From NCBI RefSeq assembly GCF_036321535.1, contig NC_087436.1, forward strand, positions 114,640,001-114,704,000: a stretch of DNA of 64,000 nucleotides, in the 5' to 3' direction. The notes beneath the pieces are model-generated. The model was given only the letters and a program-made list of their open reading frames with translations, did not search any database and had not been told where the DNA came from. Each line of letters opens with the position of its first letter. The first letter of the stretch is position 1. Made by a program: the position numbers and the translations under genes. This document shows, in pieces, positions 24,846-37,760 of this stretch. Origin of the DNA: Camelus dromedarius. Taxonomy: Eukaryota.

Positions 24846-24935
24846 TTTCTTTTTTTAATGGAGGTACTGAGGATTGAACCCACGACCTCGTGCATGATAA
24901 GCACGCGCTCTGCCACTGAGCTATTAGTCTTCCCC
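24846..24935 (-). mobile_element. tRNA-derived SINE (camelid Vic-1-like)
   Basis: Reverse complement: GGGGAAGACTAATAGCTCAGTGGCAGAGCGCGTGCTTATCATGCACGAGGTCGTGGGTTCAATCCTCAGTACCTCCATTAAAA. It has A and B boxes and an A-tail but no tRNA acceptor stem. Confidence 0.85.
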
Positions 24936-25249
24936 TGTAACTTATTTTTTATGAGTGTAAAACACTCCATTGGGTAGGTATATCATACATATACAACCAT
25001 TTTCCTATTTTGGGACACAGAGGGTTTCCCCAGTATTTTAGCCGTAGTAAACGATACACTTTCCAGCCTCTGCCCTTCCAAAGGAATCTCCATACCTAGC
25101 CCGTATCTTCTCCTCTCAGACAAAGCCACGTCACCCAGTCTCTCCACTTTGGTTGACAGTCTCCTTCCTGGGCATCTCCTGTGGAATCTTGCAGAGCAGA
25201 CAATCCCATCTCTCTTCTCTGTTCTCCACCCTTTAACATTTCCAGCCAT

Positions 25250-26680
25250 GTGTAAGTCTCCACCCTAACGTATCACCCTCGACCTTGTGTCTTTCTATTA
25301 CTCTGTCTAACATCCCTCTCTTCACCCCGTATTACATCCCAGGGCCCTCTGGCTTCTACCTCCTGCATCCCACTGGAATTGCTCTTGCCAAGACCCCCAC
25401 ATAGCTCCCATGGACTTTTCTCAGGGTGTGCCTTTGGGACCTTGCTTCTCCGCCAGCCATCTTTGGCCTCTGTGGCATCTGTCTTTGTGTCCCTCCAATC
25501 TCTGTGCCCCAGTCTCCATCTCCTTGCTCTGTCCTGTCTTCCTATCCCTTGCATGTCAGTGTGCCCAAGGATCTCATTCTCAGCCCTCCTCTCTTCTCAC
25601 TTTAGAGACTCTCCCTTTCTCTGGAGTTTCATTCTTTCTCAGTTTAAACCACTCTCAGGAAGTTGCTAACCCACCCTGGCAAACTTCTCTCTGTTTCTAC
25701 CTTGAACCCTTCTCCTAATCTTTATTCCAGCTTCCATCCTTCCAGCTTACAAACATACGTCCAGAGCTTTGTGTGTGCCAGGACTTGCTCTAGGTTGGAT
25801 GCAAACGTGAATTAAAACACGCTCCTCTCTGAAGACTCATATCTCCGTTTGCTGCTGGACATCTCCACTTGGATGGCACACATTGAACTCATTCTGGAGC
25901 TCACTCTCTCGCCCGGACCTGCTCCGGTGCCTGTGCTTAGTTAATGTTAAACTCGGGGTTATCCTAGACTCACTCTAACCTCAGTCTCTAGGCCCTACGA
26001 GTCTCTCCATGAGTATTTCTGAATTTGTAAGCTGACCCTCTGTTTTCTCTCCACAGCCCCATCCTTGGCCCTTGTCTCCTACCTATCCTTTTGCAAGAAT
26101 CTTTTCATGAATCTCAAAGTCTTTAGAATAGTTCCTAATACAGCATAGCCATGTCCCCAATGGTTAAAACATCTGACGGCTTCTCACTGCATGTGAGATA
26201 AAGTGCAGGTGCGCTTCTGTGACATCCATGTCCCCTGTGTGTCCTGGCCCTTGCTCAGCCCTCTAGCCGTCTCTCTGCTAATCTGTGTCTTACCTTCTAT
26301 GCTCCACAGCTCTGAGCTGCTCGTAGTTTAACCATCTTCTGTTGTTGTTAGTGGAGGTACCAGGGATTGAACCCCATGCGTTCCACCACTGAGCTGTACC
26401 CCACCCCCAAGTGCAGCCATCGGTGCAGTCGTGCAGTCGCTGCATGACTCCCTTTGCTTGTAAACCCCTATCCTAACTTCTCACTTATCTAGGTCCACTT
26501 TGTCTTTAAACCTAACCTCAGGCATCATCATCTCAAAAGGCCTTTCCTGAACCTCTCCCTCCCCGCCTCAGTGGGCTTAGTCACCCCAGGTTCTGTGCGA
26601 TCCCAGCAGCCTGCCCATGTCTTTTTCACTACACTCATCTATTGCTTATCTGTGCTCATGTCTATCTTCCTTAGGAATTC
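25250..26680. mobile_element. long L2 relic (fragmented)
   Basis: Pyrimidine-rich L2 motifs (ctgctggacatctccacttggatg, ggggttatcctagactc, ggcctttcctgaacc). Confidence 0.7.
26345..26408 (-). mobile_element. internally deleted Vic-1-like SINE
   Basis: gtggaggtaccagggattgaacccc..ccaccactgagctgtacccc. Confidence 0.7.
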
Positions 26681-27713
26681 AAATAAATGTTCAAAAAGTT
26701 AAGTTAAAAATCCCATATTTGTGCCTAGCAATTCTATGTTAGTTACCAATCACTCTAGTTCAGAATAATTTGTGGGGACTCCCATCATAAAACCAGGGGA
26801 GAAATGTGTTGGCAGGATTGTCCAAGGTCCCCAGTTGGGCCAAGAATTGAGATTTCACCTTTGACCTCCTGACTTTCCATCCCAGGCACTGACTTTGAGA
26901 CCGCAGCAAAGCTCCCAGAATGTCAAGGCACTGGACAAACTCTCTGCCCCACAGATTAATTTTAGAGTCATTGAAATTCTGCCAGCTCTGGGGGGAATGA
27001 TTGGGAGCCAAGCTGACAACCAGCAAAGGAGGAAATTACTCTGTGTCTATTTCAAGATGAGAGAGTTGTAACCACGGTGCCTCCCCCCAGTGATGCTGTT
27101 CGAAAAAAACATAAATTTAATACTTTCATGAAACTCAATCTTCTAACCATAAGTGTTTCAGGGCTCTCTTTGATGTTCAGGAAAAGTAGCCTGGTGCCAA
27201 TGTCTTTTGCACATATGGTGTGAAAGCCGCCTGGCACTTGAGTCTGGCATCTTGCGTCCCCAGCTATCTGGAAGGAAGAGTTAATATTTGTTTTGATAAC
27301 TCAGCAAATATCTATTCAGGGCCTGCTGTGTTCAAAGCATGCTGTTGGAGAATGAGCAGAGGTTCTGAGTTAGTTGAAAGAGTGTTCAAATCCTGTCTTG
27401 GCCCCTAACTGGTTACAGATCATTGGCAGAGCCCTTCTCCCCTTGAGCTTTGGTCTCCTTGTGTGTGAAATGGGGTTAGAATACCCACCTTTCAGCTAGA
27501 CGGGAAGGATTCTGTGAGCTAGAATAAGAAAGAGCCTGCCTAGCACAGTGCCTGGGGCCTAAATCTTTATTTAAAAGAGAAACTAGGAGAACTCAGTTCC
27601 CTACAAATACAATTTGGGTTGGCAAGTTGTGGCTGCCATCGTACTGCAGGTGGCATTAAACACCACAAGGGATGCAGCCATTGCAAATGCATTTGGCTGC
27701 AGAAACACAAAAC

Positions 27714-28154
27714 CAGTGGCGGATCAGTAAATGATTAACAATGGACTCTGGGGGAAAAGAAAACCCTGATTTGTAGTGTTTGCTGATTTCTAGCATGGCA
27801 ATACTCCCAGCATGGCTGGTTTTAAGCTGCCAGTGGGATGGAACTGAGTGCGGAGTTGTGCAGATACATGGCATTCAGTACAGGGTACACTGCTGTACAT
27901 AGTGTAGAACCAGGAGATGTGCTATCACCGCCATTCAGATACAACAGAGGTACGTAGTGTCAGGAGCATAGATAGTAGTAAAATTTGTATAATGTTCAGA
28001 AATCAAAAGAATTTTGATTCCTTATTACCTTTATTTTTAACGTAATTTATTTGATTGTAAGATTGTATAAATTTTTAATAATGGGCCCACAGAGTTTCTG
28101 GAAATTTAAGAATTCCCTCTCAGGAGCTGGCTGAGTCAGCTCCAGCACACACTG
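27714..28154. mobile_element. MER63-like hAT-Blackjack DNA transposon
   Basis: CAGTGGcg..taaatgattaacaa..ccctgatttgtagtgtttgctgatttc ... gctccagcacaCACTG, with imperfect 8-bp TSD cacaaaac/cacaaagt. Confidence 0.8.
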
Positions 28155-28429
28155 CACAAAGTCCTGCCGTAGTGACTTAAACATGTCCCATTTTACGTGT
28201 CTCATGTGACACAAAGTTCAGGGACAGGCAGTCTAGGGCTGGTGGCTCAGTGAAGCCATCTAGAGCCCCAGACTCGGCTCTGCCGTTCTGAGCATGAGTC
28301 CTTCATCCTCGTGGGTACTACCACAAGACTGCAAGAGGGCTGCTGTCCCACCGGACTCCACATCCACATCTCATGCATCAAGAACAAGGAAGGAGAAAAA
28401 GTGTGAAGCATGTTTATTTGGGAAGAGAC

Positions 28430-28947
28430 ACTGGATCATTTCTAGTTGCTGCTGTAACAAACTGCCACAAACTGAACTCAAAAGGAGCAGAGGCTGAAAA
28501 CAACACAAGGCTGTTATCTTACAGTTCTGGAGGTCAGAAGTCCAAAAGGCTTCCCAGGGGGCTAAGGTTGAGGATTGTGTTTTTGTTTTTGTTTTCTGGA
28601 GACTCTAGGGGAGAATTTGTTTCCCTGATTTTTCCCGCTTCAAGAAGCCACCCACGTTCCTTGGCTTGTAAACTCCTCCTAGCCTCAAAGCCAGCAGTGG
28701 CCAGTTGAGTCTTTGATCACATCACTCTGCTCTTGTCACATCGCCTTCTCTGACTCTCCTGCCTCCCTCTTTCACTTATAAGGACCCTTGGGGTAATATC
28801 AGGCCCACGTGGATAATCCAGAAAAATTTCCCCATCTCAAGATCCTTGTCTTAACCCCATCTACAAAGTCCCTCTTGCCAGAGAAGGAAACATCTTCACA
28901 AGTCCCAGTTTTTAGTACATGAACAACTTTGGGGGCCATCCTACCAT
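28430..28947. mobile_element. MLT1 LTR (younger subfamily) within an older MLT1J-like LTR spanning ~27680-29130
   Basis: gctgctgtaacaaactgccacaaact..cttacagttctggaggtcagaagtcc..cacttataaggacccttg..ggataatccag. Confidence 0.85.
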
Positions 28948-30924
28948 GGCCACTTTCCCCAGGGGCTACTTCCTTCTTCCCACTCTCCCACCGGCCACAG
29001 CTGGATGTCACAAGGCCACCCTTTGTTCAGGGCAGGCCAGGAGCTTTTAGAGCAACACAGAAAATGTGGATAAGGTAGGAGGGGCTGGAAATGACCGCTG
29101 GGCCATGACTGCCCACCAGCAGTGTCTGCCACGCTGGGGAATAGTTAACAAATATCCAAGTAGGTCTATCCAGAAGGTAAGACACCTCACAGTCCCACTT
29201 GACTCAATGGAATTATTTTAAAAAATAGGCCACTATCCTAAATTAGTAATTGGTGGGTTTACTATATTCAGGGTCATTGTTCAAGCGTGCCTCCTTGTTT
29301 GTCTTCCTCTCCCCGTTCCTCGGTGGGCTCATCTCAGGTCCCCGCCCATTTTGTGGCAGGTAATAGATAAAGGAGATGAGTTTCGGTGCTTGCTTTTGTG
29401 TCTTACACAGGGTGGGTGAAGGCTGACCTTCCCCCCCCCTCAAATCAAGGAGGAGGGAGCAGGAGGCAGCCTTGTGACCAGTTGCTCCCGATGATCCACC
29501 CTTAATCATGTTGGAGACTTTGTCCCACAAGGCCCACTTTTCAATTGTTTAGACACTGTACTGGGAGGGGCGATGGGTAAGGGGATAGGTAGCCAAAGGC
29601 CTCTGATGGCAGGTGTGTTGACTTTAGAGAGTGGAGTTACCTGCAGGGAGTGAGGATTTCACGGCTGACACGCTAGCTCCTCGTTGGCTTGGCCAGGGGA
29701 CCCGAGTATTCCCACATAATAGGAAATACAGCCTAGAGAAGTATGTAACTGGAGAACTCCTGATCTCCAACGTGGCCACTGGAAAAAGAATAGAACCCAA
29801 GAGAAAATGGTCTCACTGACAGGGAAACAGTAAAAATTGGACCAGGACAAAGCTGTACAAAATTGATCGTATCCCATAGAAGTGTGGCCAGTGTCTCACT
29901 ATGTCACTCAATGTCCCCTTTATAAGGTCAGAAATTTCAGAATTCACTCTCCTCAGAAGCATCGTTTCCCTTAGAAACATCTAGGCGCCATCGTTTTGGC
30001 ACGGAGGGCGGGGGGAGAAACGCTTCTCTCTCCGCAGCCCAGCACGGCAGCTGTGCCCACTCTTACAGCTAAAGCATTTCCTCCTCTCTTTCCTCCTCAG
30101 TCCTGAGTGAGTTGATTTGCTAACCTTCACATAAATATATGCTTCACCACTCTTTTGGGCAAACAGGTGAAATAAAAATCAATTTGAAAGCCAGAAGAAT
30201 GAGCGAGCAAGAGGAAAGCTAGAGAGTCAGCCACGGGAGGCCTAGGGAAGCCAGGACATCCAGAGAGGCGCGGAGAGGGGAAGCCACGTCCAGAAGGGCA
30301 GGCTGGGCCGCAGAAAGCAGCAGGCGACTTGGATAAACACTTGACATCTCTATATAGTGCTGAGGTCGCAGGGGGCCCGGAAGGAATTTTCAGGGAAAAG
30401 ATATTATAGACTAAGAACTTCCCTTTCGAGTCTCTCTAAACAAGGGCTTCGTATGCAGATGCGGTGGTGTGGTTTTTGTGCTGCTGCTTGTCCCCTTTGC
30501 AAACCGCACGGGCTGCATAAATGAAGCCAGCCTCCCCGAGAGGGGGCTGAGCAGGCTGAGAAGTTGGTGGGGGAGACCGTCCCTCCTGCCGTCGGCTCCC
30601 TGCCTCTAATGGCTCCTCCAGCCGCTTGAGACAGCAGGGGCTTAACATTTTGACACCGACGTCCAATTTTTCTTGGTCCCTTCCTGTTCTCGGCCACACG
30701 GCGGTAGCCTGAGTTGTCCAGGATCTTGTGAATCCACTTAGTCACGTCAGCCAATGGGGGCCTTTGGAGTGTAAACTTTGCTGACCGGGGTGATTTAAGC
30801 CACGTCTTGGTGACAGGGCATCCATCTTAGCAAATGGTGTGGGGCCAGCAAAAGCCAGGGACGCTCAACCTGAACATGTGACCACTGTTCAAAGACGCAC
30901 GAGAAGTGTGGCAAGGACAGATTC

Positions 30925-31520
30925 CTTTTTAAACATTGTGGTAAAATATACGTAACATGAAATTTACCGTTTTAATCATTTTTAAGTGTACAGCTCAGAG
31001 GCACTGGGTACATTCATATTGTTGTTCAACCATCACCACCATCCGCCTCCGGAACTTTCCCAGCTTCCCAGATGGAAACTCTGCTCCATTAAACAATAGT
31101 TCTCTGTTTCTCCGCCCCCTGGCCTCTGGCAACCACCGTCGGACTTTCTGCCTCCATGAATCTGACTTCTCTAGGTACCTCATTGAAGTAGACTCATACA
31201 GGATTTATCCTTCTGTATCTTGTTTCTTTTGCTGGGCATGATGTCTTTAAGGTTCATCCATGTTATAGTATGTGTCAGAATTTCGTTCCCTTTTCTGGCC
31301 AAATAATATTCCATTAACATGCCCTGTTTTGTTTATCCATTCATCTGCTGTGGATTGGTGTCTCATGTGGCTTTGATTTGCATTTCCCTAATGATTAGTG
31401 ATGTTGAATATCTTCTCATGTGCTTATTGGCCGTTTGTGTCTTCTTTGGAAATGTCAGTTCACGCCCTTTGCCCTCTTTTAAACCATGTTGTTTGGATTT
31501 TGTTGTTGAGTTGTGTACAG
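30925..31520 (-). mobile_element. L1MB-like 3' end
   Basis: attgtggtaaaatatacgtaacatgaaatttaccgttttaatcatttttaagtgtacag terminus. Confidence 0.9.
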
Positions 31521-32869
31521 TACGGGTTCTTGGATAACAGACCAGGGAACAGTGACAGCTGTGACTTAGAGTCAGTCACCAGTAAACAGGCCTGCCCATC
31601 CTCCCCTCTCTTTAGGCCCAAGATTTTAAAGTGTCATTTGTATAGATTTGTTTCTGGAATATTCCAATATCATTGCACCACCATGACAATCACTGGATAT
31701 TTTAGTTAAAAGGTATCCAGGCAAATGGTGTAGCATTGTTTTAGAAATAGTGAATCCAGAGAAATAAGAGTTGGAAATCTGGCATCTGGAAATCTGGTCT
31801 CAGTTTGAATCTATAATGTCAACTAGGACAGAGGGCCTGAAATGGTAGAACCCAGCCCAGAATTTCCATGTTCTAATTATCTTCTGACCACTGTTGGGCA
31901 AAGCTGCATGTGGCTTACCTTACTGGCACTTCTGCTGCCCAGGCAGTACCATCTTGAGGGAAAACAGGGTGGCTCTCCGCATAAAATGCTGTGGAACATA
32001 AGAAATTAAGAAACTCTACCTTACTGCAGGGATTGGTGGGGGAGGGAGTGGAGTGAGGGGAAACTCCAGCCTCCAAGCATCCTTTGAAGTCTTCCGTATG
32101 GTTCTGAGAATCCCAAGAAGTGGGTACGTCTTGCGTCCTCTAGGAATTTGTCCTTCTGGAGTTGTGTGGCTTTAGCTTTGTTCCTCTCCCAGCCTTGATT
32201 TCTAGAGCAATATGTTTTCTGGGCATTGCTTGTCAAAGCTTTCACCAGGGCTGCTGGTACCTACCAGTGCCTGCTCAAGGCTGCTGACTGGCCTCAAACA
32301 CACCTTGTCCAATGGTGTCTCGACTACTGGCTTCAAAGTTGCAGGTACCTTGCACTTGCCTTGTCCCATTCTTCCAGCTTGTACTTGCTTTTGTATGGCA
32401 GCCTCCTTACCGCACATCAGGCCTGGACCCTGTGTACAGGACAGGACCTCAGGGCTGTCTGCCTGACAGCATGAGCTGTACCCAGACTCACCTCACAGAT
32501 GCAAACACACTGCTCTCTGGCCAAACTTGTATAAAGGAACCCATAAGCTTTTTCCCTTCCAGGATACTCTCATCTCTCTCCCTTATTAAAATAGATCTCA
32601 CTGGGGCCCTCTGGCCAACATTGCCAGCCATGAATAAACCTCAGGGTGGGCACAGGTGAGGCTCAGACTAGGACCCCATTACATTATTTTGGAGAGAAAA
32701 GCACTATATTTCAGCTAGTTATTCATTCATTCATTTTTTTCTGAAGATGATTCTAGCACAAAGATGCTTCCCTGTTTCAGATTGCAAGACATAAATTTTA
32801 TTCCTCCAATGAGACTATTCTCATATATTTGGGCATTTTATTGTAAAATGTTTTGCTCTGTTCATATAG

Positions 32870-32977
32870 ACATGTGTATATATATTCACTTAAATATATA
32901 TTTATATATGTGATATATATAATTATAACACAAATTATATGTATATATCTATTTTTAAATATATATGAATAAATATA
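32870..32977. repeat. (TA)n-rich low-complexity tract
   Basis: Degenerate tatatata repeats. Confidence 0.8.
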
Positions 32978-33744
32978 CCCATTAACACATTCATTTCCCA
33001 GCCCTCCCAGGGAGATTGCTGAATCTTGAGAATGTAAGTTTGGAGTCTTCCTGGAATAACTGAAAGAAGAGCCATTAACGAGTCCTGGAATGCACTTCTT
33101 ATTCTGTAGTCTCCTCAGCGTACTGTTCTAATGAACAACTCCAGTGGAGAGGAAACCAAACTTAGTCTGTATAACGCCGGGACTCACAGACGGGGGAAGG
33201 CAAGTGCTGTGTTCGTTGAAGAAATATTTCATTTTTTGACTTGGCTTTAGATGACATTATAATCAAAAATGGAAGAAGTACTCATGCTTAATTTAACAGA
33301 TCCGTTAGTGAAAGGACCTTTGGAAACATGTCCAAACTTTTCATTATACAAACAGGAAAACTGCACAAATGGGGAAAATGAGTTGCTTGAACTCAAATCC
33401 TGAGCCAAATGTCACTTGTCCATCATCTCTGTCCAAATACGTCTACGCAGGTCATTCTGAATCCTAGCTATTACCCTCGGACTGTTTGCTGATGGTTGTT
33501 TCTGACTAGTAATGGCTTGCAGTATTTACCTTTCCAAGGTCTAACATTTAGTGTGTGACAGAACACTGATGCAGAGGAAGAAGATGGTTTTGACTGTGAA
33601 ATCAGCTCTATTCTAAGGCCATCTAGAAAACTGGACGAGCAGGGCTTCTTTATTGAGGGTCCTTGGAAGGACTTCAGCCTTTGACATTGTATGAATTATT
33701 TCATGCATGAGTAGGTATGTGTGTTTTCTTTAGGGAGAAGATCT

Positions 33745-34215
33745 GTTTATCCTGGACTCCCTTGGTTGGATAAGAGAGAAACTTTAAGCGTAAAGGTAAT
33801 TTATTGGCTTATTTTCCACGGGCTCAGACCCAGGACACTAACAGCTTCCAGAATGGCTGAACGTGTTGGTTCTGCTTCTAGCTCTCTCCGCCTCTCAGCT
33901 CAGCCTGCCTCTCGCTTTGTTCTGACTTAAGGTTCTTTGTACTCAGGGCACAGAAAGGCCGCCGACCACTCTACACTCACCCTTCTGGCTTCTTACTACT
34001 GAGTAGTAAGAGAATGACCCCCAGTCCCCTGCATGGGTCACTCAGACACACCTTCCCATTCACTGGTGCAAAGCCATTGAGCCACCCTGGCTGGTCCACC
34101 TGGGTCATGTCTGCAGCCAGTGCCCCCACAATGATACTGACAATCTCACAGAACCACACGGAGTAAGGGAGGAGTCCCACAGAGGCACCAGAAGAAGGGA
34201 GATGGGAAAGCACAC
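33745..34215. mobile_element. MLT1-type LTR relic
   Basis: aatttattggctt..cacctgggtcatgtctgcagcc motifs. Confidence 0.5.
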
Positions 34216-35454
34216 GGAGCAGATAAAACTAGAGCAAACTCAGGCCACCATTCACCAGACTTTCAAAGGGTGTGTGATCAAAAAGGTTTAGAACCTTAGG
34301 CATTCTTAGGGCCAAAGGCCAGGTCATGGACTTCCTACTAGGTCACATTGAACACTCTCCTGACAGAACTCAAGAAGACGGATCATTTGGTTTTTATACA
34401 GGAATGCATTTTTGCCTCATCCACACAAGTGTGCTTTGAGCACTCACTCTGCAAAGTCAATGTGTTTATGATTTTAGTTTCTTTTTAAGAGACATATTGT
34501 GTTTGGGTTTACTTCAACTACACGGTCTCCCCATAGGGTCATTGTCAAGTTACCTGAAACAAATGAAAACAGTTCTGTTCTCTGTAAAATATAATTTGCA
34601 TACCATGTGATTTTATCATGGCCTGACTGTGCCTGAAAGCACGCCACACTTTCTACCAGTCGGAACTCAGGACAGTCCTCATCCAGGGATCTTGACTGCA
34701 CAAGTGCTGCTCACCTCAGTCTGAGAGCCTGGGAACCCTATTGTAGGGCACGAACTAGGGGATTTAGACGATTACATGAATGTTCAACTTGTTTTATCAT
34801 CCTTTGTGGAATTCCAAGAAGTGATATTTTCGGCCATTGTACAGAGGGGAGTAATCTTCCTGGGAATGATACAAAACAGCTCCCGAGGAGAGTGGCAATT
34901 TAGACAATGTTTTGTGGAGATGGAGTCCTCCAGGAGAAGGGACTGAGCTTTCATTGCTCTTAATTAGGGGATCTGTTTTAATGCTCTGTTGATCCTCTTT
35001 CTGATGGCCCATCAGGGTCCACGGAGAGGGGAGTTAAGCTCCAGGGCTTTCTGTGTGGGACGTCCAGAGAGATGGGATGGGGTGATGGAGCTACAAGGAG
35101 GAGGGGAGAAGAGGGGAGAGAACCAGAATGTCAGGTGCTTGGGTTCCAGCACCGGTCCCCTCTCTGGTCTGAGCAGGAACAGTGCTGGGTCAACGGCCCA
35201 CCAGCTGAACCCTCCCTCAGGGAGCTAAGTTCTACCACTGGGAGAATTCTCTCTGCTGTCTCCCCTTGGGACAACTGGAAGACTTTGAAGACCTAGGAGA
35301 TTAAAGTGCCATCACTCTACTTGAGATGCTAAGCCGAGCCTCTGGGAGTGCTGGCCCTGAGCTGGGATAGCGGGGAAGGGACACCACTACGACACAAGTT
35401 ACACTTATCAATTGAAAATCACAGTGAGTCAACTGTGCAGGAGAGTCTGCTGCC

Positions 35455-35900
35455 GATGTAGACACCATTCTCACCCATCTAGGGTGAAGATTTCATGCTC
35501 CCCCAAATCACAGAGGCTGGAGCCGGGAATGACAATTCCCAGAATTCCCTGCTGAAAGGTTCCAGGTTAGATTACTTCAGTGATCACAGGCATGAAGGTA
35601 CGAATCGCAAGGTGAACAGAGGCCAAACCATCATTAGTGCTCCTCTGGCAGTGGTGGGCAGATGCGTGGATTTTGGCAAATGGGAGGCTTTGCGATGCCC
35701 TCCAGGTGTGTTACCCTCGAATTACTTGCCTCTTTGCTGCCTGTGGTTGTCATCAGTGGTCATTCTGTGACTCCAGCTTCTTGATCTTCTAAAAGCTAGT
35801 GGTGAATCTGAGAGCTGGTGAGAGTGCCCCCTAACTCTCTCTTCTTCAGTTCCTCCAGTGGTTTTGTTAGATCCTATTTCCCTTCCCATTTGAAATACCT
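35455..35900. mobile_element. LTR33/LTR16-like ERVL LTR
   Basis: gacaattcccagaattccctgctgaaaggttccaggttaga motif. Confidence 0.5.
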
Positions 35901-36309
35901 GCAGTGAATTTTTCTGACTGATTCCTGACTGCTACTAATAAGGTATAATATGCAAAAATGCCTCTGAGTACGAGAGAATGTGAAAAATCAGATTTTTCAA
36001 AAAGACAAAAGCCGAAAGTGGGTTTTGGAAAAACACCGCCTGCTGTCAGTATTGCTCTCCATAAGGCAGCTGTTTGGGGAACAGAGCGTCTATTTGAATT
36101 TCTGGGCAACGGCTGTTTCATTTGAAAGAGCATACTTACTATTAGAACATAACTTTATATTTGAGATGCTAAAAAAAAATTCCCAAACAACCCAGGCTAT
36201 TGTTTTGTTAATACAAATTTCTAGAAGTAAAATTCAACAAAACTTGGTTGGTGGTACTTGGAAGACAGAGTGATTCATAAAGACTTGAAGGAGAGAGGGC
36301 TGACCCCCC

Positions 36310-36680
36310 ACAAGGAGGAACTTCAGCATCTCCACTGGGCTTGGGTTACCCCGTTCCCTTTCTCTGCGCTTAAATGTTATGTTGTCAGTGGAGCCCTGCC
36401 CGAATGGACACCGTTTCAAACAGCACTTACCTCCATCTTCTGAGCCATCCCTGTCTCCCTGCTCTGCTTCCCTTTTCTTCATGGCACTGATCACCACCTG
36501 ATAGACTATAGATCTGTTTGTTTCGCTTTTACCGTTTGTCTCGCTTTTACCGTTTGTCTGTCCCCACTGAATTCCAGGAGGGCAGACATGTTCGACGGCT
36601 GGGTTCACTGCTATATCCTTAGTGCCTGAACTGTGCTTGGTACCTAGAAGGTACCCAACAGATAGTCGTGGAACAGGTGA
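36310..36680. mobile_element. L2 3' end containing an 18-bp tandem duplication
   Basis: tccaggagggcagac..gttcactgctatatccttagtgcctgaactgtgcttgg; gtttgt(t/c)tcgcttttacc repeated twice at ~36516-36551. Confidence 0.8.
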
Positions 36681-37624
36681 GTCCACTACCTGAACATAGC
36701 CACAGGGCACACCTTTTCTTTCCTTCTTAAAAATAGATTTAAAGTAGTTGCATATAGAGGATCTTAGATTCTTCTTTTTTCTAAAAAAAAAAATCCCCCC
36801 ACTTAGCCTGAAGGAGTGCACCTCAATGAGAAAGAAAATGAAGATGCACATTTTTTCCGCAAAAACTTTGAGGTATGGAGGGATGAGTGCTCGTCTCTGG
36901 CCCTGCCTCCTGCCTGGGACTCAGACCAGCGCCTGAAAAGAGGAAGGTGCACCAGTAAAAAGATGCCAAAGCCTGCACATCCCAGAGATGCCTGAAAGGT
37001 GCCACTCACTCAGCCAAAGGCCTGTAAGTGGTAGATATTGCTTTAGCTTAAGCTTCCCCAGGCTGGAAGGAGGCCCTGGGGTCTCCTGCTTCTGGAGCAG
37101 GAAGTGGCAGAGCTGTCACCTGACCAGCCCCCGCAGAAGAAGACGAAGTGGCAGGCTGCGTCTCACAGCCCAGAGGACTGCGTTTCCAAATAACAGTCTG
37201 TGTGTTCACAGGCACACAGGGGACACCCCGTGGAGGCTTTCCCAATGGGTCCAGAGGAATTCGGAGGCAGGGGCTCGGGCAGAGCCTGACAATTCTGTTT
37301 TTCCACTGTGACTGTGGACTCTGAGCCACAGATTACAGCCTTGCAGCTCTGACTCCCATGGCTGCAGCTACCACGAGAGCCACCTCCTCTCCCCGCTGTC
37401 ACCCACCTGTCCTCCTCCCTGTGAATAGACAACGTTTAGGACTCCTGCTGCTACCACTGAGAACGTATCACACTAATTGAGTTCTTGGTTCTCTTTAGCA
37501 TCAGCCTTCATCAAAGTAGCTTTGCTTGGCTCTTATTCAGTGGTAAAGATGTATTATAATTGGAGGTCTTAAATCTTATGGCAGTACTCATGGATGAAAT
37601 AGCTCGAACAGTGACATCTAATGG

Positions 37625-37760
37625 GGCTTTCTGTGCTGTTCAATATGCAGCCATGAGCACTTGGGATGTAACTGGAGCAAATGAAGAACTGAATTTTTAA
37701 ATTAATTTTTATTAGTTTGAATTTAAAATTTCGGTAGCTACATATGGTGGTTCAGATGCA
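37625..37760. mobile_element. MER3/MER33-like DNA transposon fragment
   Basis: tgtgctgttcaatatgcagcc..gagcacttg..gaagaactgaatttttaaatt. Confidence 0.65.

Noticed and set aside
24855..24935. Possible tRNA gene
   Set aside because: No acceptor-stem pairing, A-rich tail and multiple diverged copies indicate a SINE.
35981..35999. Perfect palindrome TGAAAAATC-A-GATTTTTCA
   Set aside because: 9-bp AT-rich arms are expected by chance in 64 kb.
36234..36851. Longest ORF in the track (205 aa, minus strand)
   Set aside because: Runs through an L2 relic. The NGKSET repeat is just the 18-bp tandem duplication, and there is no recognisable domain.
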